Shown here in pieces: positions 49,704 to 59,748 of a stretch of 64,000 bases of DNA. Positions within the stretch are counted from its first letter, which is position 1. Each line of letters begins with the position of its first letter. Made by a program: the position numbers and the translations under genes. The stretch is from Candidatus Firestoneibacteriota bacterium. Its GTDB lineage: Bacteria; Oederibacteriota; D2-FULL-39-29; JBBTED01. Under the pieces are notes generated by a model. The model was not told where the DNA came from and did not search any database. It saw only the letters and a program-made list of their open reading frames with translations. The stretch is taken from NCBI GenBank assembly GCA_038042445.1, contig JBBTED010000048.1, positions 3,663 to 67,662 of the forward strand, read 5' to 3'.

Positions 49704-50683
49704 TGATTTTCAGAAATAGAACGCAGACACGCTTCTACGATTTCTAATGCTTTAATTCCATCTTCTGGTGATATTTTGGGGTCTTTCGTTATTCCACCAA
49801 CATAATTTAAAAAATGCTTTTGTTGTAGATAAAATCTGGATTCTCCCTTGCCAACTTTCACAATCGGTTTAGAGTTTGATTTAGAATTCATAAAAATCAA
49901 TTCCCCTGCCCAGTTATTTTTAGAAAAATCTATATGAATAGAACCATCTGTGCCATCAATTTCAAGCACATTTGATGAATTTGGAGTAGTCCAGCTACCT
50001 TCCAATGTCCCTATTACTCCATTTTTATCACGAAGTAATATAATTAAATTTTCATCAATGTTTTTCTCATTATGTAAAGTATTTGCAATAGCAAATACAC
50101 CTTTTATCTCTCCTACAATATATCTGAATAAATCTATAGAATGAGGAGAACTTTCCTGTAATACTCCACCTGCCAATTCTTTTTTGCTTTTCCATGAAAA
50201 AATTTCAGGATTATAAAACATTCCGAAACGATTACGAAACATTCTTATTTTACCTAACATTCCTTTTTTAATTATTTTTTGTGCTTCATTTACTAATTCA
50301 TGAAATCTAAAACAAAAACCAGTTAGCAAGATAACTTTTTTTTCTTTTGCCAAATTAACTAATTGTTTACCGTCTTTTACATTTAATGCTAACGGTTTTT
50401 CACAAAGAACTGATATTTTTCTATTTATTGCTTCTGAAACAACTTCTTTGTGTGTATGAGGAGGAGTACATATGCTAACTGCTTTTATTGATTCTCTTTT
50501 AAACATTTCCCTAAAATCAGTATAGACTTTAACTTTAAATTGCTGGGTAGCTTGTTTTAACAAATTATCATTTGCATCTGAAACAGCAACTAATCTGCAA
50601 TTTTTTAATTCAGAATAACATTTTATATGTATTTGACCTATTCCGGCCCCAATTACAGCAACAGGTATTTTTTTATTACTCAT
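49688..50683 (-). CDS. Gfo/Idh/MocA oxidoreductase
   Basis: VAVIGAGIG, VLCEKP, GGVLQESSPHSID. Confidence 0.92.
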   Translation of the reverse strand: MSNKKIPVAVIGAGIGQIHIKCYSELKNCRLVAVSDANDNLLKQATQQFKVKVYTDFREMFKRESIKAVSICTPPHTHKEVVSEAINRKISVLCEKPLALNVKDGKQLVNLAKEKKVILLTGFCFRFHELVNEAQKIIKKGMLGKIRMFRNRFGMFYNPEIFSWKSKKELAGGVLQESSPHSIDLFRYIVGEIKGVFAIANTLHNEKNIDENLIILLRDKNGVIGTLEGSWTTPNSSNVLEIDGTDGSIHIDFSKNNWAGELIFMNSKSNSKPIVKVGKGESRFYLQQKHFLNYVGGITKDPKISPEDGIKALEIVEACLRSISENQWINI

Positions 50684-51510
50684 TCCTTTCCTCCTAAACT
50701 TAATATGAAATCCATGTTTCTTGAAATATCATCCATTATCCGTAAAGGGAAATATCTATAAGAAGGTATTTCAGCAACAATATAACCTTTATACTCCATT
50801 TGTTTTAATTTTTCCATAACTTCTACCCAGTTTATATCACCCTGAAGAAGTTGAGTGTATGCCTGGGGATACAATCGCACGTTACTTTTAAAATCTTTAA
50901 AATGTATACCTTTAATTTTTTTTCCTAAAATAGATATCCATTGTTGAGGATACCCATCAATCATAGCATTAGCTGTATCAAGATATAAACCAATATTGGA
51001 ATATGCAATCTCTTCCAAAAATTTGTTGAATTCTAATGGGCTATGTAAAAATTTCATGCCTCCATTCTCTAGTCCAATATTTATTCCATATTTCTCAGCA
51101 ATCTTTCCAAGTGAACGTAGCACATCCACAGATTGATTATATACCTCAATATAATCCGATTCTTCAGTCAGCAAACCAGGAATTAAAAGAACAGTATCTG
51201 CTTCAAGAACACTAGCTATTTCAATCATACGTTTGGCTATTTTAATGCCATATTCTCTTATTTCCTTATCACTATCGCTCAAACTATACTGCCAATGTAA
51301 CCCACTAGCAACACTACTAATCTTTATTCCAATTTTGTTCGCTTTTTTAAGAAAAGCCTTCAACTGGTTATATGTTACTCCTAAAAAAATTTCTCCTTCA
51401 GTTTCAAGATTTAGTTCTACACCTTCAAAACCAGATCCTTTCGCTAAATGAAAAAATTCTTCTGTTTTTATTTTGGAAGGCAAACACCATTTATTCAAAG
51501 CTTTTTGCAT
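50680..51510 (-). CDS. Sugar phosphate isomerase/epimerase (hexulose-6-phosphate-isomerase-like)
   Basis: GFEGVE, IGLENG, YLDTAN, IHFKD, AE. Confidence 0.85.
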   Translation of the reverse strand: MQKALNKWCLPSKIKTEEFFHLAKGSGFEGVELNLETEGEIFLGVTYNQLKAFLKKANKIGIKISSVASGLHWQYSLSDSDKEIREYGIKIAKRMIEIASVLEADTVLLIPGLLTEESDYIEVYNQSVDVLRSLGKIAEKYGINIGLENGGMKFLHSPLEFNKFLEEIAYSNIGLYLDTANAMIDGYPQQWISILGKKIKGIHFKDFKSNVRLYPQAYTQLLQGDINWVEVMEKLKQMEYKGYIVAEIPSYRYFPLRIMDDISRNMDFILSLGGKE

Positions 51511-51672
51511 TTTACTCTCCTATCAGGAATTTGTTTAAATTTACCACATTTTTCTCTCTAACGGTTTGTCATTTTTCATCAAATTTCATATTTATTCCTA
51601 ATAATTATTATACTATAAAGGTATTGCTTTGTCTTTAGATAGAAAAAAGATTATTTATATAAAAGAAAGGTT

Positions 51673-52614
51673 TTATTTTGTTTTAGATAATTGCATAAAT
51701 TGAGATGGAGTAAGTCCTTCCATTTTTTTAAACATTAAACTGAAATAGTGTATATCCTGAAATCCTACTTTAAAAGCAATTTCACTGATATTAAAAGATG
51801 TAGAACTCATTAACTTTTTGGAGTTATAAATCCTTATTTTGTTTACATACTTCATTAATGGTAAACCTGTATATTTTTTAAAAACAGTAGTTAAATATAT
51901 AGGATTTAATCCTACAATTTTAGCCAATATTGTTCTGTTAAGTTTGATATTAAAATGTTGATTAATATAATTAATTAAATGTATAACGTTAGATCTTGCC
52001 TTTCCATTTTTAATTGTTTTATTTTTAGAAATTCTGAATAATAGAATCAAAAGTTCCTTTAAATAAGTATTACATATTGTTTTGTAATATATTTTTTTTT
52101 CTTCAAATTCTGAAATTATAGTTTCAAGTAGTTCTTTAACTTTTAAAGAATTAGGTATATAGAATTTTGATATAATTTTTATATTCTCTTTAAATATAGG
52201 TGTGGCTCTAAATTGTCTTTTGTGTATATTTTTTCCATCTACTACTGAATAGATAAAATTTTCACTATCAGTTTGTTTAAAAAAATCAAAATGTACACCT
52301 AAAAATTCATAAGGCTCAGAATATGATGTTTTAACAAAATGCACTACTGTTGGATGAATAAGAACCAAATCATTTTCTTTTACATCATAACAATGAGAAT
52401 CAATAGTGAAGTTTCCTTTGCCTTTGATAATATAAATAAGCTCATGGTCATAGATTTTTCGGAGTACACAATTTCCTCCAGGTATATATTTCGTTTTACC
52501 TGCCCAACGGATATACGGATCTAAATTTTCTATTAGATAGTGTTTCATATAAAATGGCAAATTTATTACATCAATTAAAATGATACACAATAAAATCTTT
52601 ATTATCAATAGCAA
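51673..52614 (-). CDS. AraC-family regulator with cupin sensor (probable true start 52548)
   Basis: RKIYDHELIYI cupin; NPIYLTTVFKK..GFQDIHYFSLMFKKMEGLTP double HTH. Confidence 0.93.
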   Translation of the reverse strand: MLLIIKILLCIILIDVINLPFYMKHYLIENLDPYIRWAGKTKYIPGGNCVLRKIYDHELIYIIKGKGNFTIDSHCYDVKENDLVLIHPTVVHFVKTSYSEPYEFLGVHFDFFKQTDSENFIYSVVDGKNIHKRQFRATPIFKENIKIISKFYIPNSLKVKELLETIISEFEEKKIYYKTICNTYLKELLILLFRISKNKTIKNGKARSNVIHLINYINQHFNIKLNRTILAKIVGLNPIYLTTVFKKYTGLPLMKYVNKIRIYNSKKLMSSTSFNISEIAFKVGFQDIHYFSLMFKKMEGLTPSQFMQLSKTK

Positions 52615-52640
52615 TTTTTTATTGTGTTTTCAATTTAGGA

Positions 52641-52649
52641 TGGTATAAT
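52641..52649 (+). promoter_or_regulatory. Extended -10 element upstream of queF
   Basis: TGG-TATAAT, 12 nt before the ATG. Confidence 0.45.
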
Positions 52650-52661
52650 ATCGTAACAATA

Positions 52662-53057
52662 ATGAATCGACCTAAAATGAAAAGTTATGAATTAAAACAT
52701 GCAAAAGCGGGAATTAGTGCAAAACTTCCAGATATTGAATGTTGGCAGAACCAGTTTAAAAAATACGAAATAACTATCACAATATCTGAATTTACATCTG
52801 TATGTCCAAAAACAGGGTTGCCTGATTTTGGCACAATAACAATAAAATACATTCCTGATAAATTATGTTTAGAATTAAAATCATTAAAAATGTATATGTT
52901 TTCTTATAGAAATTTAGGTATTTTTTATGAAAATGTTGTAAATAAAATATTAAATGACATTGTTAAAGCATGCAAGCCAAAATCTGCTATAGTTACTGGT
53001 GAATTCAAAACACGTGGTGGAATGAATTCAATAATTACTGCCAAATATCTTCGTTAA
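52662..53057 (+). CDS. queF: preQ0 reductase, single-domain QueF
   Basis: EFTSVCPKTGLPDFG, ELKSLKMY, TRGG. Confidence 0.96.
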   Translation: MNRPKMKSYELKHAKAGISAKLPDIECWQNQFKKYEITITISEFTSVCPKTGLPDFGTITIKYIPDKLCLELKSLKMYMFSYRNLGIFYENVVNKILNDIVKACKPKSAIVTGEFKTRGGMNSIITAKYLR

Positions 53058-53140
53058 TAATAATATATTAACGTAATTAAAATATTTTTGTGATTTTTGA
53101 TTTTCTTTGTAGTCACTCACCTATGCGAGTGTTTTTTAAT

Positions 53141-53288
53141 CGCAGGCTAAAGAGTCTGTGCCAAAAGGTGTCATTCTGAGGCGATAGCCGAAGAATCTCG
53201 CTTTAAAGTCTTTTAAAAACGAGATCCTTCACTTCGTTCAGGATGACAAAATGGGGTTTTGGCACAAGCTCTAAAGCCTGCGGCTACC
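53141..53288. repeat. Type A REP arm split by an insertion
   Basis: CGCAGGC-TAAA [insert] TAAA-GCCTGCGGCTACC. Confidence 0.85.
53152..53271. mobile_element. 120-bp MITE with 15-bp TIRs and TAAA target duplication
   Basis: GAGTCTGTGCCAAAA ... TTTTGGCACAAGCTC (13/15 match); TAAA at 53148-53151 and 53272-53275; internal TGTCATTCTGAG...CAGGATGACA pair. Confidence 0.8.
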
Positions 53289-53305
53289 TTTGGATTCTAT
53301 TTTGG

Positions 53306-55054
53306 TTATATATCTGCAGGAAGAACACGCATAATTTCTGCCATTGTGGTTATGCCTTGTGCTACTAACTGAATTCCATTTTGTTTCATATTGGGCATAT
53401 TATTTTTTTGAGAAGCTTCTCTTAAAACACTTAATTTTTCTTTTTCAAGTATTAAACTACGCATTATTTCATCAATAATTAATAACTCAAATATTCCTGT
53501 TCTCCCAGAATATCCAGTATTTCCACAATGGTCACACCCTTTAGGTCTATAAAATCTTGCTTCATCTGTTAAAGATTTTAGATTCAGATTTTCAAGAATC
53601 TTTTTAGGTGGATTATATGACTCTTTACAATGTCCACATAAAGTTCTGACTAATCTTTGTGCCAAAATACATGTAACAGAAGAAACAAGAAGATAGGGTT
53701 CAATTCCCATATTTAATATCCGTGTTATTGTACTCACTGCATCAGTAGTATGAATTGTGCTTAATATTAATCTACCAATTAAAGCAGCATTTATTGCTAT
53801 TTCACAAGTTTCTTTGTCTCTGATTTCTCCAACTAAAATTATATCAGGATCCTGCCTCAAACAAGATCTTAAGGCATTTGCAAAAGTAAAATCTATTTTA
53901 GTATTAATCTGTGTTTGTATAATTCCACTTTCCTGAGTATCTCCTAAAATGAGATCGTATTCTATAGGATCTTCTAAAGTTATAATATTTTTTGATGGAG
54001 ATTTAATTTTATTAACAGTTGCATATAGTGTACTGGTTTTTCCACTCCCAGTTGGTCCTGCTACTAAAATAATTCCACTGGTTGTAGTTAGCATTTCTTC
54101 ATATTTTGCCTGCACAAGAGGTAAAAACCCAAGATGATGAGTGTCAAATATAAAACTACTTTTGTCAAGCACACGAATAACTATTTTTTCTCCATGTTTT
54201 GACGGTAAAGTAGAAACTCTGAAATCAATGAATCTGTTAAGGATACTCATTTGTATTTGTCCATCCTGAGGTATCCGTTTTTCGGTTATATCAATATTCG
54301 ACATTACTTTAATTCTTGAAGTAAATGCAGGTTGAATGTCTTTGGGCAAAGATTCAACTGCATGCAAAATGCCATCAATTCTGAATCTAATAAAAATCGA
54401 ATTTACCTGTGGTTCAATATGCACATCACTGGCATTAGAACTCACAGCTTCATACAAAATTGCGTCTACTAACTTTATTATAATAGGTGTATTTGCAATA
54501 TCTTTTATATTTATTGAAGCAATATTTTCACTTGCTAATAATTGTTTAACAATTGTTTTTTTTGTGTCATTTTTTTTAAGAGAATAGAACTTTTCAATGG
54601 CTTTGCTTATACCAGATTCTAAAGCAACTAAAGGTTTTATTGCGTAACCTATAATATATTGAATAGAATCTAATGTGTTTATGTCATTTGGAGAACTTAT
54701 TGCAATAGTAATTTCATTTTCTTTTAATTCTATAGGAATAGCTGTATATTTTTTAGCGATATTTTCTGGAAAAATTTTTAGCAATTTTTCATTGATTTTT
54801 ATTCCATTTAAATTTATATATGGCACTTTATAATATTCTTCTAACATAGATGGAATTTCATTTTCTTCTATTATTTTCATCCGCATTAAAATTTCTTCTG
54901 TAGATTCCTTGGGATTATTTTGTTTTTTAAAAGTTATATCTGCAATCTGACTTTCAGAAATTTTTCCGGTTTTCAGAAGGATATTTATCAATTGGTTAGC
55001 CATATACCACTCACTTCGTTCGGGTATATGGTTAGAAAATGGAGTTTGTGTCAT
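53306..55054 (-). CDS. GspE/PulE/PilB-family secretion ATPase
   Basis: ASDVHIEP, GPTGSGKT, LRQDPDIILVGEIRD, CGHC..GCDHC zinc motif. Confidence 0.93.
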   Translation of the reverse strand: MTQTPFSNHIPERSEWYMANQLINILLKTGKISESQIADITFKKQNNPKESTEEILMRMKIIEENEIPSMLEEYYKVPYINLNGIKINEKLLKIFPENIAKKYTAIPIELKENEITIAISSPNDINTLDSIQYIIGYAIKPLVALESGISKAIEKFYSLKKNDTKKTIVKQLLASENIASINIKDIANTPIIIKLVDAILYEAVSSNASDVHIEPQVNSIFIRFRIDGILHAVESLPKDIQPAFTSRIKVMSNIDITEKRIPQDGQIQMSILNRFIDFRVSTLPSKHGEKIVIRVLDKSSFIFDTHHLGFLPLVQAKYEEMLTTTSGIILVAGPTGSGKTSTLYATVNKIKSPSKNIITLEDPIEYDLILGDTQESGIIQTQINTKIDFTFANALRSCLRQDPDIILVGEIRDKETCEIAINAALIGRLILSTIHTTDAVSTITRILNMGIEPYLLVSSVTCILAQRLVRTLCGHCKESYNPPKKILENLNLKSLTDEARFYRPKGCDHCGNTGYSGRTGIFELLIIDEIMRSLILEKEKLSVLREASQKNNMPNMKQNGIQLVAQGITTMAEIMRVLPADI

Positions 55055-55057
55055 AGA

Positions 55058-55435
55058 TTATTCCTTTTGTGCTAATAATTTTTTTATTTGGAGTGATAAT
55101 TCAGGATAATCAAATGGTTTTGGTGCATATTCATCTGCTCCACATTCAAAACTCATCAAGGTATCTACATTTTGAGTTTTAGCTGTTAAAATGATAACAG
55201 GTATATCTTTTGTCTGTGGATTTTCTTTTACTTTTTTGCATACTTCCCAGCCATTTACTTCAGGCATCATTACATCAAGTATGAGAAGGTCATATTTATT
55301 AGAAGCGATTTTGTTAAGTGCCTCTTTCCCAGTAGAACTTATTTCAGCTTCATATCCATCAAGTTCTAAATATCGTTTAAGAATTCTGGCTATATCCGGT
55401 TCATCATCTGCAAGAAGTATTTTTTTAGTAGACAT
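55058..55435 (-). CDS. Single-domain response regulator
   Basis: ADDE, LDVMMP, LTAK, KP. Confidence 0.92.
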   Translation of the reverse strand: MSTKKILLADDEPDIARILKRYLELDGYEAEISSTGKEALNKIASNKYDLLILDVMMPEVNGWEVCKKVKENPQTKDIPVIILTAKTQNVDTLMSFECGADEYAPKPFDYPELSLQIKKLLAQKE

Positions 55436-55447
55436 TTTATTTTCCTC

Positions 55448-57799
55448 CTATGTTTTTTTTCTTTCTTTAAGAATTTGGTCTAATTCCTCTAATAATGCTT
55501 TTACACTAAATGGCTTTATCAAATATTCTTTTGCTCCAAGTTTTGTTGCTTTTGCTCCATCTTCAGCACTTCTGGCAGTTATTACAATAATTGGAATGTT
55601 TTTTGTTTCAATATCAGCTTTTAATTCATCAATTATTTTAAATCCGTCAATTTGCGGAAGCATTAAATCAAGAATAATTATACCGGGTTTTTCTTTCTTG
55701 GCTAATGCAATTCCCTGTAAGCCATCGTAAGCACTTAAAACTGCATAATTTTTTGCATTTAACGCCATAGTCAAAAGTGCAACAATATCAGAATCATCAT
55801 CAACAACTAATATTTTTTTTCTGAGCATTTCACCTTGAATTTGTTTTTCTATTTTTTTTATGCTTTCAATTAATATTTCCGGTTCAAAAGGTTTAGTTAT
55901 ATAATCAGAAATACCCAGACGGTATCCTTTTTCCTTTTCAAATATAACTGAAATAATTACTATTGGTATATTTTTTGTCTGTGGATTTTGTTTCAACAGT
56001 TCTGCAACAGTAAAACCGTCCATATTTGGCATAAGAACATCTAAAGTTATGAGATCAGGTTTTAGCTCTATTGCTTTTTTTATTGCTTCTATCCCTGAAT
56101 TTGCAATAGTTATTTCATATCCTTCTTTTTCCAGATGTCCCTTAATAATTCTGGCAACATCTACATCATCATCAACTACTAATATTTTCTTAATTAAAAA
56201 GTTTTGTTCTGTAGTAATTTCGCTTTGTTGTTGCAAATCAAACTCTTGTTTTTCTATAATTTCTATGATTTGTTTTTCTACAGCTTTAGGTAATGTAAAA
56301 GAAAAAGTACTCCCTTTTTCAATCTCACTTTCTACCCAAATTTTGCCTTTGTGTGCCTCAATAATAGATTTGGTTATAGGTAGACCTAAACCTGTTCCTC
56401 CTGCTAAACGGGTAGATGAAGAATCTACTTGTTTGAATTTTTCAAAAATCATATCAAAATGTTCTCTTGCAATACCTATGCCTGTATCAGTAATATCCAC
56501 CTGAACTGCATTTTTTATTTCAGATACTTTAATAGTTATATTGCTTTTTACGGGAGCAAACTTAATTGCATTTCCAATGAGATTTATTAAAACTTGTTTT
56601 ATTTTGTCTTCATCACAAGAAACTTCTGCTAATTGCTCTGGAAAAGTAAAACTAAATAGGATTTCTTTTTTGTCTGCAAGTGTTTTAATTTCATCTATCG
56701 TAGTTTTAATTATAGCAAGAATATTATGCGGTCTAATTTCCATAGTAATTTTTCCTGATTCAATTTTTGAAAGATCCAGTAAATCACTTATCAATTTAAT
56801 AAGCCGTAAAGTATTATTTTTAACAATATTTAAAAATTCCTTCTGGGAATCGGGAACTGTTCCTTCTGAACCACCTAAAATCAATTCTACTGCACCTTTT
56901 ATAGATGTAAGTGGTGTGCGTAATTCATGTGACACGTTAGACACAAACTCTGATTTCATAAGGTCAATTCTTTTTTCCTGAGTAATATCACGTATTATAA
57001 CACTTATACCTTCATCTTCAAGAATACTTGCAGTTACATTCACATAAATAAGTTCTTTCTTTTTTGTTATTGCTTTTGAAATAAGATTTTTTACAAATTT
57101 TTTTTCTTTTAATTCTTTTAATAACGATTCGCTTGTATCTTTGTTATTTTCTGGAAATAATATATTTATTGAATTTTCTATCATTTCTTTTTCAGTATAT
57201 CCAAAAATTAATTCTGCGCCTTTATTCCAGCCTGTAATTACAAGTTTATCATCAAGTGTAATAATAGGATCGAAAGAATCACTAATAATTCTTCTGTATT
57301 TGTCTTTTGATAATGTTAATTCTTTTGTTCTTTCCTCTACTTTTTCTTCCAATGATTCTTTCGCTTTTTCCAATTCCTGATTTGCTTTTTTTAAATTTTC
57401 ATTGAGCAAAATAATTGTTTTTTTTGCGTTAGAACTATCAACTGCTTTTATTACTGTATGCTGGATTTCATCTATAGTAAAAGGTTTGTTAATAAAATCA
57501 AATGCTCCATATTTTAAGCTTTGAATTGCAGTTTCTATTGTCCCAAATCCAGTAGCCATTATTACTTCAATATCAGGATTGATTTTTTTTATTTCTCCAA
57601 GAAAGGTAACACCATCCATCCCTGGCATTTTCATATCACTAATAGCTACATCAAATTTTTCTTCTTTTGCTTTTCTAATACCTTCTTCTCCATTAGAAGC
57701 TGTTACTACTTTATAACCCTGCTTTGTAAATTCAAAAGAAAGCATATCTCTTATGCCTTGTTCATCATCAACAATTAGAATTTTTGCAGGAGTTTCCAT
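55448..57799 (-). CDS. Cytoplasmic hybrid histidine kinase REC-PAS-HisKA-HATPase-REC-REC
   Basis: SDMKMP; WNKGAELIFGY; SHELRTP; DTGIG/GTGLGL; DVLMP; DLMLP. Confidence 0.92.
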   Translation of the reverse strand: METPAKILIVDDEQGIRDMLSFEFTKQGYKVVTASNGEEGIRKAKEEKFDVAISDMKMPGMDGVTFLGEIKKINPDIEVIMATGFGTIETAIQSLKYGAFDFINKPFTIDEIQHTVIKAVDSSNAKKTIILLNENLKKANQELEKAKESLEEKVEERTKELTLSKDKYRRIISDSFDPIITLDDKLVITGWNKGAELIFGYTEKEMIENSINILFPENNKDTSESLLKELKEKKFVKNLISKAITKKKELIYVNVTASILEDEGISVIIRDITQEKRIDLMKSEFVSNVSHELRTPLTSIKGAVELILGGSEGTVPDSQKEFLNIVKNNTLRLIKLISDLLDLSKIESGKITMEIRPHNILAIIKTTIDEIKTLADKKEILFSFTFPEQLAEVSCDEDKIKQVLINLIGNAIKFAPVKSNITIKVSEIKNAVQVDITDTGIGIAREHFDMIFEKFKQVDSSSTRLAGGTGLGLPITKSIIEAHKGKIWVESEIEKGSTFSFTLPKAVEKQIIEIIEKQEFDLQQQSEITTEQNFLIKKILVVDDDVDVARIIKGHLEKEGYEITIANSGIEAIKKAIELKPDLITLDVLMPNMDGFTVAELLKQNPQTKNIPIVIISVIFEKEKGYRLGISDYITKPFEPEILIESIKKIEKQIQGEMLRKKILVVDDDSDIVALLTMALNAKNYAVLSAYDGLQGIALAKKEKPGIIILDLMLPQIDGFKIIDELKADIETKNIPIIVITARSAEDGAKATKLGAKEYLIKPFSVKALLEELDQILKERKKT

Positions 57800-57804
57800 A
57801 AATA

Positions 57805-58182
57805 TCAGGCTTTATTATTATTACTTGCTTCTTCTATTACTTTCATTATTTCATCTATATCAACAGGTTTATACAAACAACTATATGCTCCAAGTTGTTT
57901 TGCTTCTGTTTCAAAAGTGTAATTAGAATCTGAACTGCTGCTGAAGATAATTACAATTTGATTTGGATTAAGTTGTTTTATTTGTCTTAAAGCTTCAGGC
58001 CCTTTCATTTTAGGCATATGAACATCAAGGAAAATAATATCAAAATCACTATTTTTTACCATTTCAACACCTTCTACACCATCATTTGCAGTAAAAACTT
58101 CAAAATCCCTTGCTTCTAATAAAAAACGAAATAAATCTTGTATGCCTTTTTCATCATCAATAATTAGAATTTTTTTCTTCAT
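57805..58182 (-). CDS. Single-domain response regulator
   Basis: IDDE, LDVHMP, YKP. Confidence 0.92.
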   Translation of the reverse strand: MKKKILIIDDEKGIQDLFRFLLEARDFEVFTANDGVEGVEMVKNSDFDIIFLDVHMPKMKGPEALRQIKQLNPNQIVIIFSSSSDSNYTFETEAKQLGAYSCLYKPVDIDEIMKVIEEASNNNKA

Positions 58183-58234
58183 AATTTTTTCACTTATGGT
58201 TTATGTTTTTAGGGCAAACCACAATTTTCTCCCT

Positions 58235-59722
58235 TTATACTGGCAATTTCATAATAAAAGTCGTTCCTTTGCCGATTTCACTTTTAACTTCAATTGTACC
58301 ATTATGTTTTTGTATTATTTCATAACATAAACTTAAACCTAATCCTGTTCCTTTTCCTACTTCTTTTGTTGTGAAAAATGGTTCAAATATTCTGCTTTTT
58401 ACATCTTCAGGAATTCCACTACCTGTATCACTTATAGAAATTTCAATATGCGATTGCTTCGTTTCACTCGCAATGACATTTCGTGTTGTTATCTTTATAG
58501 TTCCCCCATCTGACATTGAATCTATTGCATTATTGCATAAGTTTATTATTACCTGTTGTATTTGATTCTGATTTGTAATAATCTTGAGCAAATCATCGCC
58601 ATATTCTTTTATTATTTGTACACTTTTTACTTTTGCCTGTGCTTCTACAAGCGATAATGCTTCATCAATTGCTATATTTACATTTGTCTCACTTACTTTT
58701 GTTTTTGATACCCTCGAAAATGTCAATAAATCTCCTATTAATTTTTTGCACCTTAGTGCTTCACGTTCTATTGATTTCAAAGGCATATATAAAGAATCCT
58801 CTTCTTTTATTCCTTTAACTACACTTTGAGCAAAACCTAAAATTACTCCCATTGGATTATTGATTTCATGAGCTACACCACCTGCTAACTGCCCTATTGC
58901 TGCCATTTTACTTGACTGAAGTAATTTTTCCTGTGTTTCCTTGAGTTCTTTTGTTCGTTCTTCTACTTTAAGCTCCAGGTTTTTATTGTAATCTTCAATT
59001 TTATCTCTTGATTCCTTCAAATCATGAATCATTTTGTTGAAAGTTTTTCCAAGTATTCCTATTTCATCTTTTTGAGTAATAGGTATTTCAATCGCTAAAT
59101 TCCCTTTGCTTATTTCTTCCATCTTATAAATAAGGTATTTAAGTGGAGACGTGATGTACTTAGTTACATAAAGTGTTAAACCAATACTAATTAAACTGAT
59201 TATAAAAAAAAGCATTATTAATTGTTTAGTGAAATTTTTAATAGTAACTAACAATTTTTTAGTTGAAAATCCTATATGGAGTGTTCCTTTTAGTAATTTA
59301 TATGCAACATCATAAAATTCAGCACCTTCATTGTGAAAATATTTTATATTGTACTCATTAGTCGTACTAATCTGATTGGATTTAGCAAGATTATAGATTA
59401 AATCATTTTTTAAAGTACTGGCTATAATTTCTTCATCAGGTGCTGTTAAAAAAATATATAAAATTTTTTCATCCTGCTGTTTTGCTCTATAAATTATTAA
59501 ATTAATTGTAGATAAATCAGTTATTAAAAGTGGATTCATGATGTCTTCAGCCAAATATTTAGTAATATTTTGAGAAGTATTCAGCATTTCTTTTGTAAAA
59601 ATTTTTTCTACTATTATCTTACTCGAAATAAAATATCCTATTGTTGCCAAAGAAATTCCAAGTAATATACAAAACGTTATTTTTATTTGTATACCTATTT
59701 TCATAAACGTTGTTTTCTCCAC
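58235..59722 (-). CDS. Membrane sensor histidine kinase (2 TM, HAMP, NtrB-like)
   Basis: DEIGILGKTFNKM HAMP; GVAHEINNP; EPFFTTKEVGKGTGLGL. Confidence 0.93.
   Translation of the reverse strand: MEKTTFMKIGIQIKITFCILLGISLATIGYFISSKIIVEKIFTKEMLNTSQNITKYLAEDIMNPLLITDLSTINLIIYRAKQQDEKILYIFLTAPDEEIIASTLKNDLIYNLAKSNQISTTNEYNIKYFHNEGAEFYDVAYKLLKGTLHIGFSTKKLLVTIKNFTKQLIMLFFIISLISIGLTLYVTKYITSPLKYLIYKMEEISKGNLAIEIPITQKDEIGILGKTFNKMIHDLKESRDKIEDYNKNLELKVEERTKELKETQEKLLQSSKMAAIGQLAGGVAHEINNPMGVILGFAQSVVKGIKEEDSLYMPLKSIEREALRCKKLIGDLLTFSRVSKTKVSETNVNIAIDEALSLVEAQAKVKSVQIIKEYGDDLLKIITNQNQIQQVIINLCNNAIDSMSDGGTIKITTRNVIASETKQSHIEISISDTGSGIPEDVKSRIFEPFFTTKEVGKGTGLGLSLCYEIIQKHNGTIEVKSEIGKGTTFIMKLPV
58452..58477 (-). 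repeat. GTC-type REP arm inserted in frame in the histidine kinase
   Basis: GTCATTGCGAGTGAAACGAAGCAATC vs intergenic GTCATTGCGAACGAAGTGAAGCAATC at 46985 (22/26 identical); encodes VIASETKQS. Confidence 0.8.
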
Positions 59723-59748
59723 TTTTTATCTATCATTGCCAACCCCAC

